Part shown: positions 19,353-27,266 of the stretch, piece after piece
Position numbering within the stretch: the stretch's first letter is position 1
Layout: each line of letters begins with the position of its first letter
NCBI GenBank assembly: GCA_018396655.1
Contig: JAGTQF010000005.1
Location: forward strand, 1-62,344
Source of the DNA: Candidatus Bathyarchaeota archaeon
GTDB taxonomy: Archaea > Thermoproteota > Bathyarchaeia > Bathyarchaeales > DTEX01
DNA length: 62,344 bases
Direction of reading: 5' to 3'
Position numbers and translations under genes: made by a program
Notes under the pieces: model-generated
Seen by the model: the letters and a program-made list of their open reading frames with translations, nothing else
The model's database searches: none
What the model was told of the DNA's origin: nothing

Positions 19353-19860
19353 GTCTACTGTTGCGCATTTACTGGCCGATAAGCTTAAGGCAATGGGTAT
19401 ACACGCCTATATTCTCTCTTCAGATGCTCTGCGTAAAGTTATGACACCTAACCCCAAGTATACTGAGGAGGAGCGCGACATAGTTTACGGAACCCTCGTC
19501 TACATCGCTAAGATATTAACTGAGAATGGCGTGAACGTGATCATTGACGCTACTGGTAATAGGCGTAAGTACCGCGATAACGCTAGAAGCCAGATACCAC
19601 TATTCATGGAAGCGTACTTAAGGTGTCCGCTAGAGGTTTGCATTGAGAGGGAGGCTAAGCGCGGCTTAGATGTTTATGGGGCGCCCAGAGAAGTTTACGC
19701 TAAAGCCTTCAGGGGTGAGAGTAAAACGGTTCCAGGGTTAGGTGCGCCATATGAGGAGCCGCTGAACCCAGAGATCGTTGTTGACTCAGATAAGCTGAGC
19801 CCCGAGGAGTGCGCCGAGAATATAATGAAAACCATAATTGAGAGGTTTGTTAGACAATAG
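19303..19860 (+). CDS. adenylylsulfate (APS) kinase-like P-loop kinase
   Basis: Start set at ATG 19303, preceded by GAGGGAGGTG. P-loop GLPGSGKST, and APS-kinase-like layout (NRRKYRD, EVCIEREAKRG, PYEEPLNPE). The canonical LDGD is LSSD here. Confidence 0.6.
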   Translation: MKTGWCVWVTGLPGSGKSTVAHLLADKLKAMGIHAYILSSDALRKVMTPNPKYTEEERDIVYGTLVYIAKILTENGVNVIIDATGNRRKYRDNARSQIPLFMEAYLRCPLEVCIEREAKRGLDVYGAPREVYAKAFRGESKTVPGLGAPYEEPLNPEIVVDSDKLSPEECAENIMKTIIERFVRQ

Positions 19861-20017
19861 ATCAAGACCTCAATTTGTAGAGCTTCTGTAACAAGGAAGT
19901 CTTAAAGCGCAATTAACTTCACGGGGCTTATTCTTGGCGAATGAAGAGGAGGACTAGAGGCTATCCCAGAATATATAACAGTTTTGTATTTTTATAGATC
20001 TAAAATTAAAACATTAA

Positions 20018-20323
20018 TTAAAACATTTTCTCGAAGCACGTGTCCCCGCCAGCCGCTATGGGGAAGACCAATATCTTATCCCCATCATTAAGCTTTGCAT
20101 CTAAGGAGCCGACCACTCTACCGTTAACTGCTACTCTAACCTCCCCCCTCATAAATGCGTTCATAAGCGCCTCAACAACCTCATTTTCCAGCCTTAAACC
20201 CAAATACTTTAAGAATACATCTCTTAGCGTCTCACCCTCATTAACCTCTACCCAAAGCCAATTTCTCCCAACCTTTCTGGCAGCATAACCCAGAAATTCA
20301 ACCAAAACTTTCATCTCAACCAC
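20018..20323 (-). CDS. MoaD/ThiS-family ubiquitin-like small protein with post-GG tail
   Basis: 101 aa. ...VNGRVVGSLDAKLNDGDKILVFPIAAGG followed by DTCFEKMF. Lies immediately downstream of AOR. Confidence 0.65.
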   Translation of the reverse strand: MVEMKVLVEFLGYAARKVGRNWLWVEVNEGETLRDVFLKYLGLRLENEVVEALMNAFMRGEVRVAVNGRVVGSLDAKLNDGDKILVFPIAAGGDTCFEKMF

Positions 20324-20367
20324 TAAAAATAGAAAAAGAAGGGTTATTTAAGAAGTTTTTCGCGTGA

Positions 20368-22260
20368 CTAGGAAGATATTTTCCCAAGCTTCTCAAGTTC
20401 ATCGGCAACGTAACTTAAGCCTAGATCTTCCAGCTTCTTTCTAGTTGGCACACCGGTTTTAGCATCCCAGCCTCTCGCAGCATAATAATCATCTAACAGC
20501 CTGTCAAGCTCAAATATCTGACCTCTTGCGGGATCCCTTGGGAACGGCACCTTCTGCAGCCTTTCAGGCAGCCAGTCATCCTTCCTCGTCATCCCCTCCC
20601 TAACGTTGAACGCCCTCTCAACATTATATACTCTCTCACCAACAAGCCAAATATAACCAGGATCCTTGAACTCTTCTATCCCAGTGGCGGCATATAGAAC
20701 CTTTCCCATCCACTCCATAGTCTTCTCAACGTTGCCGTAGCCAGCGGTCTGGACGAGCTCAGCGAATGCACACCAGCCAGCCGCCTCAAAGGCTGCTATT
20801 TGATCCTGAACCCTCTTCGCCAGAACGCCCTTACCCTCAACAGTTAATGGATCAACTTTCTCAGGCATACCGAGTATCTCGTACTTATTCCAGCCTATCA
20901 TATGGCTTCCGCCTATATTTGAGGTTGCGTAGCTCAGCCCATGAGCCTTTGCAGCTCTCGGATCATAGGCCGGTAGCTCAAGGCACTTGCTATGCATGGC
21001 GAACTTCTCGGCGCCTCTACCTATAATCTCAGCCGCCCTAGCGGTGCCTTCAGCCAATATGTTGCCTATGCCCTCCCTAAGGGCAATCTTCCTAACCAGC
21101 TCAACCATAGCGTCTCCGTCACCCCACCTCAACCTTAAGCCGTCAGTCTCCCTATCAGTTAATATGCCCTTCTCATATAGCTCCATAGCGAAGGCAACTA
21201 TGGCGCCAGTAGATATCGTATCAAGCCCATACTTATCGCAGAGCATATTAGCGTATGCTATAGCCTCAAGATTCGTAATCCCGCACGTTGACCCAAGGCT
21301 CCAGTGAGTCTCATACTCCGGGAAGTCCCAGAGTAAACCTGCATATGGACCCTTGGTTAGCTTCCATTTCTTGCCGCATGCTATCATACAGGTAAAGCAA
21401 CCATAATGCTTAATAACATACTTCTCAAGAACCTCAGTTCTCCAGATCTCAGCATTCTCCAGCTCAGTATTCTTAAAGTTGTAGGTTGGATTATGCCCCA
21501 AAGTATAGAACTGATAGACTACCGAGTTTGTGCCAAGGCTGTGGAAGGCGTCGAAGAGCGGGCTCCTCTTATATACGTCAATCTGCTCCTTCACAAGCTC
21601 CCTAAAGAGATCCTCATTAAAGAGCTCTGGCTTTTTGGTGCCAAGCGCAACTATAGCCTTAAGATTCTTAGAGCCCCATATGGCTCCCCCTCCGCCCCTT
21701 CCAGGGGTCCTGTAATCGTCCGTCACAAGGCAAGCTACTCTAACAAGTCTCTCACCAGCCGGACCGATAGCTAGAACCCTAGCATTCTTATCCGTCTCCT
21801 CTCTAAGAATTTCTGTAGCCCCATCAACCGTAGCTCCCCAAACGTGGCCAGCATCCCTAAATTCAATGTCGTCATCATGTATCCAGACATATGTGGGCTT
21901 CTCAGCTCTACCCTCAATTATTATGGCGTCATAGCCAGCGGACTTAACCTCTGCAGCAAAGAACCCTCCACCAGTAGATCTAAAATATCCACACGTTAAG
22001 GGAGACTTAAACATGGCGAAGGTTCTATGGAAGCTTTGAGCAGCCGTCCCCGCAAGGGGGCTAAGCGCTAAAATCATCTTGTTTTCCGGGCATAAAGGGT
22101 CGACTCCCGGCTTAACCTCGTCCCACAGTATCTTAGCCCCAAAACCCCTAGCGCCTATAAAGTCTCTGGCCATATCATATGGCAGTTCAATCTTAACAGC
22201 GGATCTATGGGTCAAATCCAGCCTAAGTATTCTGCCAGCGTAACCATACAATTTTCCCAT
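20368..22260 (-). CDS. aor: aldehyde:ferredoxin oxidoreductase (tungstopterin AOR family)
   Basis: 630 aa. N-terminal GYAGRILRLDL and typical AOR_N/AOR_C layout, with Cys ligand region CFTCMIAC. Confidence 0.9.
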   Translation of the reverse strand: MGKLYGYAGRILRLDLTHRSAVKIELPYDMARDFIGARGFGAKILWDEVKPGVDPLCPENKMILALSPLAGTAAQSFHRTFAMFKSPLTCGYFRSTGGGFFAAEVKSAGYDAIIIEGRAEKPTYVWIHDDDIEFRDAGHVWGATVDGATEILREETDKNARVLAIGPAGERLVRVACLVTDDYRTPGRGGGGAIWGSKNLKAIVALGTKKPELFNEDLFRELVKEQIDVYKRSPLFDAFHSLGTNSVVYQFYTLGHNPTYNFKNTELENAEIWRTEVLEKYVIKHYGCFTCMIACGKKWKLTKGPYAGLLWDFPEYETHWSLGSTCGITNLEAIAYANMLCDKYGLDTISTGAIVAFAMELYEKGILTDRETDGLRLRWGDGDAMVELVRKIALREGIGNILAEGTARAAEIIGRGAEKFAMHSKCLELPAYDPRAAKAHGLSYATSNIGGSHMIGWNKYEILGMPEKVDPLTVEGKGVLAKRVQDQIAAFEAAGWCAFAELVQTAGYGNVEKTMEWMGKVLYAATGIEEFKDPGYIWLVGERVYNVERAFNVREGMTRKDDWLPERLQKVPFPRDPARGQIFELDRLLDDYYAARGWDAKTGVPTRKKLEDLGLSYVADELEKLGKISS

Positions 22261-22431
22261 AATAGAACCTCCCTAATAATACTATACTTAAGTATATAGC
22301 AAATATAATTTACGATGGGCATAAAGCCTCGCAAAGCGGCCTTTATTTTAAAAAACGGCTGCAATTTTCACTCCCTTCTTTCAGCCTCGAAGGAGATGGT
22401 AAAGGCTTAAGGTTAAAAGAGGATCTTGCCG

Positions 22432-23700
22432 TTAGCAGCCGCCCAACCGTATCACTATGACCGTGTCGACTGAATCTAAAGGTTTATCCGGCACATGTAT
22501 AATTAAATCCTCATTGTCCCAACTATAGTTTAGACTCTTCTGTGATGGATCTAGAAGAAAATATGCTTTTTCAGGCTCTATTACACCTTTAACCCCAAAG
22601 ATCCTTAAGCAGCCGTCCCAAGGCCATCCAAACACATGAACATATAGTCTCCCAGGCTTATAAGTGAATTTGTATGGAGCATCTGTTGGAGCGTCGAATG
22701 GAGCCGCCCCAGCTCCATATATGCTCTCACCATTGTTCTTAAGCCACTTCCCAACCTCTAAAAGTATATCTACTGATGGCTTAGGTATCTCTCCCTCCGC
22801 AGTTGGACCAACATTTAGTAGGAGGTTCCCTCCTTTGCTTACAACATCCACAAGGATCTGTATGACTTTGCCAGGAGATTTCCAATTGTGGTCATAGCTC
22901 TTGTAACCCCAAGTATCGTTAAGCGTCATCGGGACCTCCCAATCATCTTCAATCTTCCTATCAGGGATCTGGTTATCTCCCATGGTGATATAATCCCCTA
23001 AACCTTTACACATCGTGCTTGGCATCCTTAGGTATCCGCCTATACGTCCACTTATAATCGTGTTTGGCGATATTTCAAGGACAAAATCCCTAAGCTCACG
23101 AGCAAGCTCAGGAGTAGGCGTAGTTATATCAAACCATAAAACCGCTACCGGACCATACCCTGTAAGGAGCTCTTCAAGCTGAGGCTTAACATACTCCTTA
23201 ATATATCTGGTGAAATTCTGTTTAGAAATATCGTAGTCCCAAAAGTTCCCCATTCCATCCGGATGATGCCAGTCGAGCGTCTGGGAGTAATAGAAGCCTA
23301 ATTTTAACCCCTCCTCCCTACAGGCCTCGGAAAGCTCTTTTAAGGGGTCTCGCTTGAATGGGGTCGCCTTCACAATATTGTAGTCTGTGTATTTTGTGTT
23401 AAACATGCAGAAGCCGTCATGATGCTTAGCCGTTATAACTATGTACTTCATACCAGCCTCCCTAGCTATCCTAACCCATTCCTTCGCATCAAACTTAGTC
23501 GGATTGAATTTCTCTGCGAGCCTCTCATACTCTTTCACTGGTATCTTGGCATTATACATTATCCATTCTCCTATGCCGGGTATGCACCTACCCCTCCAAA
23601 CACCAGCAGGTATAGCGTACAAACCCCAATGAATAAACATACCAAACCTCGCTTCACGCCACCACACCATCTTATCGCCTTGCCCATCCATAAAATACAC
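22432..23700 (-). CDS. alpha-L-fucosidase, GH29
   Basis: 422 aa. WWREARFGMFIHWGLYAIPAG, KHHDGFCMFNT. No obvious signal peptide. Confidence 0.85.
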   Translation of the reverse strand: MYFMDGQGDKMVWWREARFGMFIHWGLYAIPAGVWRGRCIPGIGEWIMYNAKIPVKEYERLAEKFNPTKFDAKEWVRIAREAGMKYIVITAKHHDGFCMFNTKYTDYNIVKATPFKRDPLKELSEACREEGLKLGFYYSQTLDWHHPDGMGNFWDYDISKQNFTRYIKEYVKPQLEELLTGYGPVAVLWFDITTPTPELARELRDFVLEISPNTIISGRIGGYLRMPSTMCKGLGDYITMGDNQIPDRKIEDDWEVPMTLNDTWGYKSYDHNWKSPGKVIQILVDVVSKGGNLLLNVGPTAEGEIPKPSVDILLEVGKWLKNNGESIYGAGAAPFDAPTDAPYKFTYKPGRLYVHVFGWPWDGCLRIFGVKGVIEPEKAYFLLDPSQKSLNYSWDNEDLIIHVPDKPLDSVDTVIVIRLGGC

Positions 23701-23790
23701 CCGAAAAGGAATAATTACCAGACTGCTTAAATTAATTTACGCCCGGAATCTTAATATAATCCCTTAACACTTCTTATTTTGGTGGTTTAA

Positions 23791-24018
23791 TTGAAGGCTT
23801 TTGTTGAAATTAATGTTGCTGCTGGTAGTTTGGATGTTGTGCTTGAGGCTGTTAGGAAAGTTGAGGGTGTTAAGGAAGCTTATCCAGTTGCGGGGCACTG
23901 CGACATTATTGCGATTGTTGAAGCTGCTGATATTAAAGCGTTAGGCAACATAGTGACGAAATGCATACATATAATTAAGGGCGTAGAGTCCACTGAAACG
24001 TTAATATGCGTAGAATAA
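23791..24018 (+). CDS. stand-alone Lrp/AsnC ligand-binding (RAM) domain protein
   Basis: 75 aa. The pattern MKAFVEINV...VEGVKEAYPVAGHCDIIAIVEA...IKGVESTETLI matches the AsnC_trans_reg fold pattern. Confidence 0.65.
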   Translation: MKAFVEINVAAGSLDVVLEAVRKVEGVKEAYPVAGHCDIIAIVEAADIKALGNIVTKCIHIIKGVESTETLICVE

Positions 24019-24062
24019 CGCACTTAACCCTTCACACCCTCATATCCAAGGCCGCAAAGCTT

Positions 24063-24275
24063 TCAAAAGGCAGTTGAAATATAGATGCCGCAAACGCTCA
24101 CCCACATTTTTTTCCTCGCACCTATTACATCTCCACTACACCAGCAATAGCTGCAAAAGGAACTATACAAAACAAAAGCAGTTACTGAACCCTCATATAA
24201 TGTTAGGCTTAAACCGTCCACAGCCTTTACTTTCCCATAACTCTTCATAAGATTCTCAGCTACAACTAATGGCAT
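24063..24275 (-). pseudogene. N-terminal remnant of an ABC-transporter ATPase
   Basis: The first ~34 aa (MPLVVAENLMKSYGKVKAVDGLSLTLYEGSVTAF) are a typical ABC ATPase N-terminus stopping just before the expected Walker A. The remainder is unrelated Cys-rich sequence. No Walker A appears in any frame downstream. Confidence 0.6.
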
Positions 24276-24480
24276 AACTTAATCCCAAGTTATTGCTAAT
24301 ATCATTTTCCATCCTCTTTATAACATTGACAAGAACAAGAAGGTTAGATTTAATTAATTTAGAGACTTAAACTACCAGGGCTTATTTAATGGCTATTGCA
24401 AACACTACATTTAACACATGCTCAATCAATTACTAAGCCTTTTTTATTTCTAGAAGTCTGGTTCATTTAAAGCGTATGAA

Positions 24481-24559
24481 TGGTGGGGCCGGTGGGATTT
24501 GAACCCACGACCACGCACGCCCCAGGCGCGTATCTTAGACCAAGCTCGACCACGGCCCC
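24481..24559 (-). tRNA. tRNA-Pro (anticodon GGG), 79 nt with encoded CCA
   Basis: Hand-folded on the minus strand: GGGGCCG-TG-GTCG-AGCTTGGTCTA-AGAT-A-CGCGC-CTGGGGC-GTGCG-TGGTC-GTGGG-TTCAAAT-CCCAC-CGGCCCC-ACCA. Confidence 0.9.
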
Positions 24560-24602
24560 TTTTTCCATCAAGTCCACTAAGATTTTACGTTTCCTGAAGA
24601 GT

Positions 24603-24803
24603 TTAATATTGTTTACGTTGCATATGTGCTCGAACCTTTGTCTCTATGAGCTTCTCAGCATCTTCAACTGTTTCAGCCGCCCTACATACTCTTAATCCAT
24701 TTGGCAGGAACATGAGCTTTGTGTAGATGATTATTGTCTCAATCTTGCTGCAGTCCATCTTGTCCTTAACGTATAGGATGCCTCTCATCTGGGCGTAGAG
24801 CAT
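24603..24803 (-). CDS. small hypothetical protein (weak)
   Basis: 66-aa ORF upstream of and co-directional with tRNA-Pro. No family recognised. Confidence 0.25.
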   Translation of the reverse strand: MLYAQMRGILYVKDKMDCSKIETIIIYTKLMFLPNGLRVCRAAETVEDAEKLIETKVRAHMQRKQY

Positions 24804-24962
24804 TGTTCCGAAGTAGCGTTGCAGATTTATGGCCGTATCCTCTTGAGCTTCTTCCAGGGGTACTAAACGTGGCGAGCTGTGGGCGCGTGGGGATGACTAG
24901 ATTAGCAATTATAAGAAACTCTTAATTACCTATATGCATGTACTCTAAGATTTAGAAGCATT

Positions 24963-26231
24963 TTGGTGGTCCTCATGGAGGAGTTAGCGATAAATGGTGG
25001 GCCGAAAACTAGAACCAGACCGCTTCCAAGCAGGAGGGATATAGGGGCAGAAGAGCTTAAAGAAATAATAGATGTTATATGGTCTGGTCAGCTGAATAGG
25101 GTTGGTGGAACAAAAGTTATTGCCTTTGAGAGGGAGTTTGCAAACCTTTATGGGGTCAAGCATGCTATAGCATCTACTTCCGGGACGGCGGCAATACATG
25201 TGGCTTTTGGGGCAATAAACCCGGAGCCATGCTCAGAAATTATAACTGGCCCAATAAGCGACATAGGCTCAGTAATTCCAATACTTTATCAAAACTGTAT
25301 TCCCATATTTGCTGATATAGAATTGGGGACTTACGGTTTAGACCCTGATGATGTTGAGAGAAAGATAACGGATAGGACTGTAGCCGTGCTCGCAATACAT
25401 CTTTTTGGTCTGTGTGGCGATATGGATAGGCTGTCTAAGATCTGTAAAGAGCATGGCATTTATCTCATTGAAGATTGCTCCCAAGCTCATCTGGCAGAGT
25501 ATAAGGGTAGGCTTGCTGGAACAATAGGCGACTTTGGATGCTTCAGCCTACAGCAGTCAAAGCAGATAACCTGCGGTGACGGAGGAGTAACAATAACCAA
25601 TAATGATGAGCTCGCTGATAGAGCTCGCTTATTTGCTGATAAGGCTTGGCCCAGAGGAGGCGCTGATGATAGAGGCTACTTGTTTCTAGCCATGAATTAT
25701 AGAATGACCGAACTCCAAGGCGCTGTAGCTTTAGCACAAGTGCGTAAGGCGAAGGATATTGTTGCCAGAAGGAGAAGGGCTGGCGATATGCTAACCAAGC
25801 TCCTGAAGGAGATTGAAGGGGTGAAGCCGCCTGAAGTCCCGCCAGGGTCGGCCCATTCTTATTGGCTCTATCCATTCACTATCGATAGAGAGGTTTTGAA
25901 GGTTCGCCCAGAGGAGTTTGCGAGGGCTCTATCAGCTGAGGGGATACCTGCTAGTGTTGGATACATTAAAAAGCCGCTCTACCTATTTAAGGTGCTTAAA
26001 GAGCAGGTTACATACGGATCTTCGCATTGCCCATTTGACTGCCCACGCTATGGCAGAAAGATAGAGTATAGAGAAGGCGACTGTCCGAACGCCGAAAGAA
26101 TCCTTAAAGAAATAATTACAATACCAATAAATGAATTTTACACGGAGGAGGATATTAACGATATTTTCAGGGCCATAAGTAAAGTGGCGAATTATTATAG
26201 GAATAGGAACCTGCAGCCTTGCAGTAGCTAA
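24963..26231 (+). CDS. DegT/DnrJ/EryC1/StrS-family PLP-dependent aminotransferase
   Basis: 422 aa. SGTAAIHVA, DCSQAH, and the PLP-Lys region FSLQQSKQITCGDGG. Confidence 0.85.
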   Translation: MVVLMEELAINGGPKTRTRPLPSRRDIGAEELKEIIDVIWSGQLNRVGGTKVIAFEREFANLYGVKHAIASTSGTAAIHVAFGAINPEPCSEIITGPISDIGSVIPILYQNCIPIFADIELGTYGLDPDDVERKITDRTVAVLAIHLFGLCGDMDRLSKICKEHGIYLIEDCSQAHLAEYKGRLAGTIGDFGCFSLQQSKQITCGDGGVTITNNDELADRARLFADKAWPRGGADDRGYLFLAMNYRMTELQGAVALAQVRKAKDIVARRRRAGDMLTKLLKEIEGVKPPEVPPGSAHSYWLYPFTIDREVLKVRPEEFARALSAEGIPASVGYIKKPLYLFKVLKEQVTYGSSHCPFDCPRYGRKIEYREGDCPNAERILKEIITIPINEFYTEEDINDIFRAISKVANYYRNRNLQPCSS

Positions 26232-26342
26232 CCATTTTGAGAAATGTTCTTGAAATGCTTTTTAGCCTCCACCCCTTACTTATAGCCAAATCGCCATAAA
26301 AAGAAATCAAAACAAGATTCCATTAGAGTTAACCATCTTATT

Positions 26343-27257
26343 TTATGCCGAAAAAACATTAGTTACAAACTTTTTGGCAGCTTCGATTAGTTCTTGCATC
26401 TTTGCTTTTGTGGGAGTCTTAAGATTTCTTGCAGGGTACTCAATGCCTAACGCCCTGTATTTTACTTCTCCAAGCCTATGGAAGGGTAAGAGCTCAAGAA
26501 ACATCAGGTTCTTAAATGACTGTATAAATTTAGCTATTGCCGCGATCGCTTCAGGCGAATCATTAACGGTTGGTACTATTGGGATGCGAATTATCAGGGG
26601 CTTATCGGTTTCAGCGAGCTTCTTTGCGTTTTCAAGTATGATATCGTTTCTTACCCCCGTCGCCTTATAGTGAACCTCCGAGTCAATATGCTTTATATCC
26701 ATCATTATAAGGTCTGTTACGGAAAGAAGTTTCTCAAGAACCTCCCATCTGCAGTAGGCTGCTGTTTCAATGGCAGTGTGAAGCCCCTCAGATTTACATC
26801 TTTCAAGGAAGGCGTATGAAAACTCATATTGCATTACCGGATCTCCACCAGATAAAGTCACGCCGCCATTTGAAGCATTGTAAAACGGTTTATCCATTAA
26901 AACTACTTTAATTAAATCATCGACATTCATCCATTTGCCCACAAACTGAAGGGCGCCGGAATAACAGCTCTCTGCGCATCTACCGCAATTCTCACATTTA
27001 TCCCTGAAGTAAACATGAATATTGTTTCTTATCTCATGTGCGCCTCTAGGGCACGTAGCCATGCAAGCACCACAACTGATACATCTCTCCGGATAAAACA
27101 TTATTTCCTGCTTCAGCTTTAATCCTTCAGGGTTCTGACACCAGAAACAGCGGAGGGGGCACCCCTTTAAAAATACAGTAGTGCGTATACCCGGACCATC
27201 ATGAACCTCAAAACGCTTTATGTCGAAGATCAAGCCTTTAACCACAAAAACCACCAT
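26343..27257 (-). CDS. glycyl-radical enzyme activating protein (radical SAM, with two auxiliary ferredoxin-like clusters)
   Basis: 304 aa. CPLRCFWCQNPE (CX3CX2C) plus CISCGACMATCP and CENCGRCAESC. Confidence 0.9.
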   Translation of the reverse strand: MVVFVVKGLIFDIKRFEVHDGPGIRTTVFLKGCPLRCFWCQNPEGLKLKQEIMFYPERCISCGACMATCPRGAHEIRNNIHVYFRDKCENCGRCAESCYSGALQFVGKWMNVDDLIKVVLMDKPFYNASNGGVTLSGGDPVMQYEFSYAFLERCKSEGLHTAIETAAYCRWEVLEKLLSVTDLIMMDIKHIDSEVHYKATGVRNDIILENAKKLAETDKPLIIRIPIVPTVNDSPEAIAAIAKFIQSFKNLMFLELLPFHRLGEVKYRALGIEYPARNLKTPTKAKMQELIEAAKKFVTNVFSA

Positions 27258-27266
27258 TCATTATCG

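Noticed and set aside
20040-21774. Several + strand ORFs (61-122 aa) across the MoaD-like and AOR genes
   Set aside because: They are antisense to strongly supported genes and show no motifs.
24480-24695. 71-aa + strand ORF
   Set aside because: It is the antisense reading of tRNA-Pro plus flanking sequence, an artefact of the ORF track.
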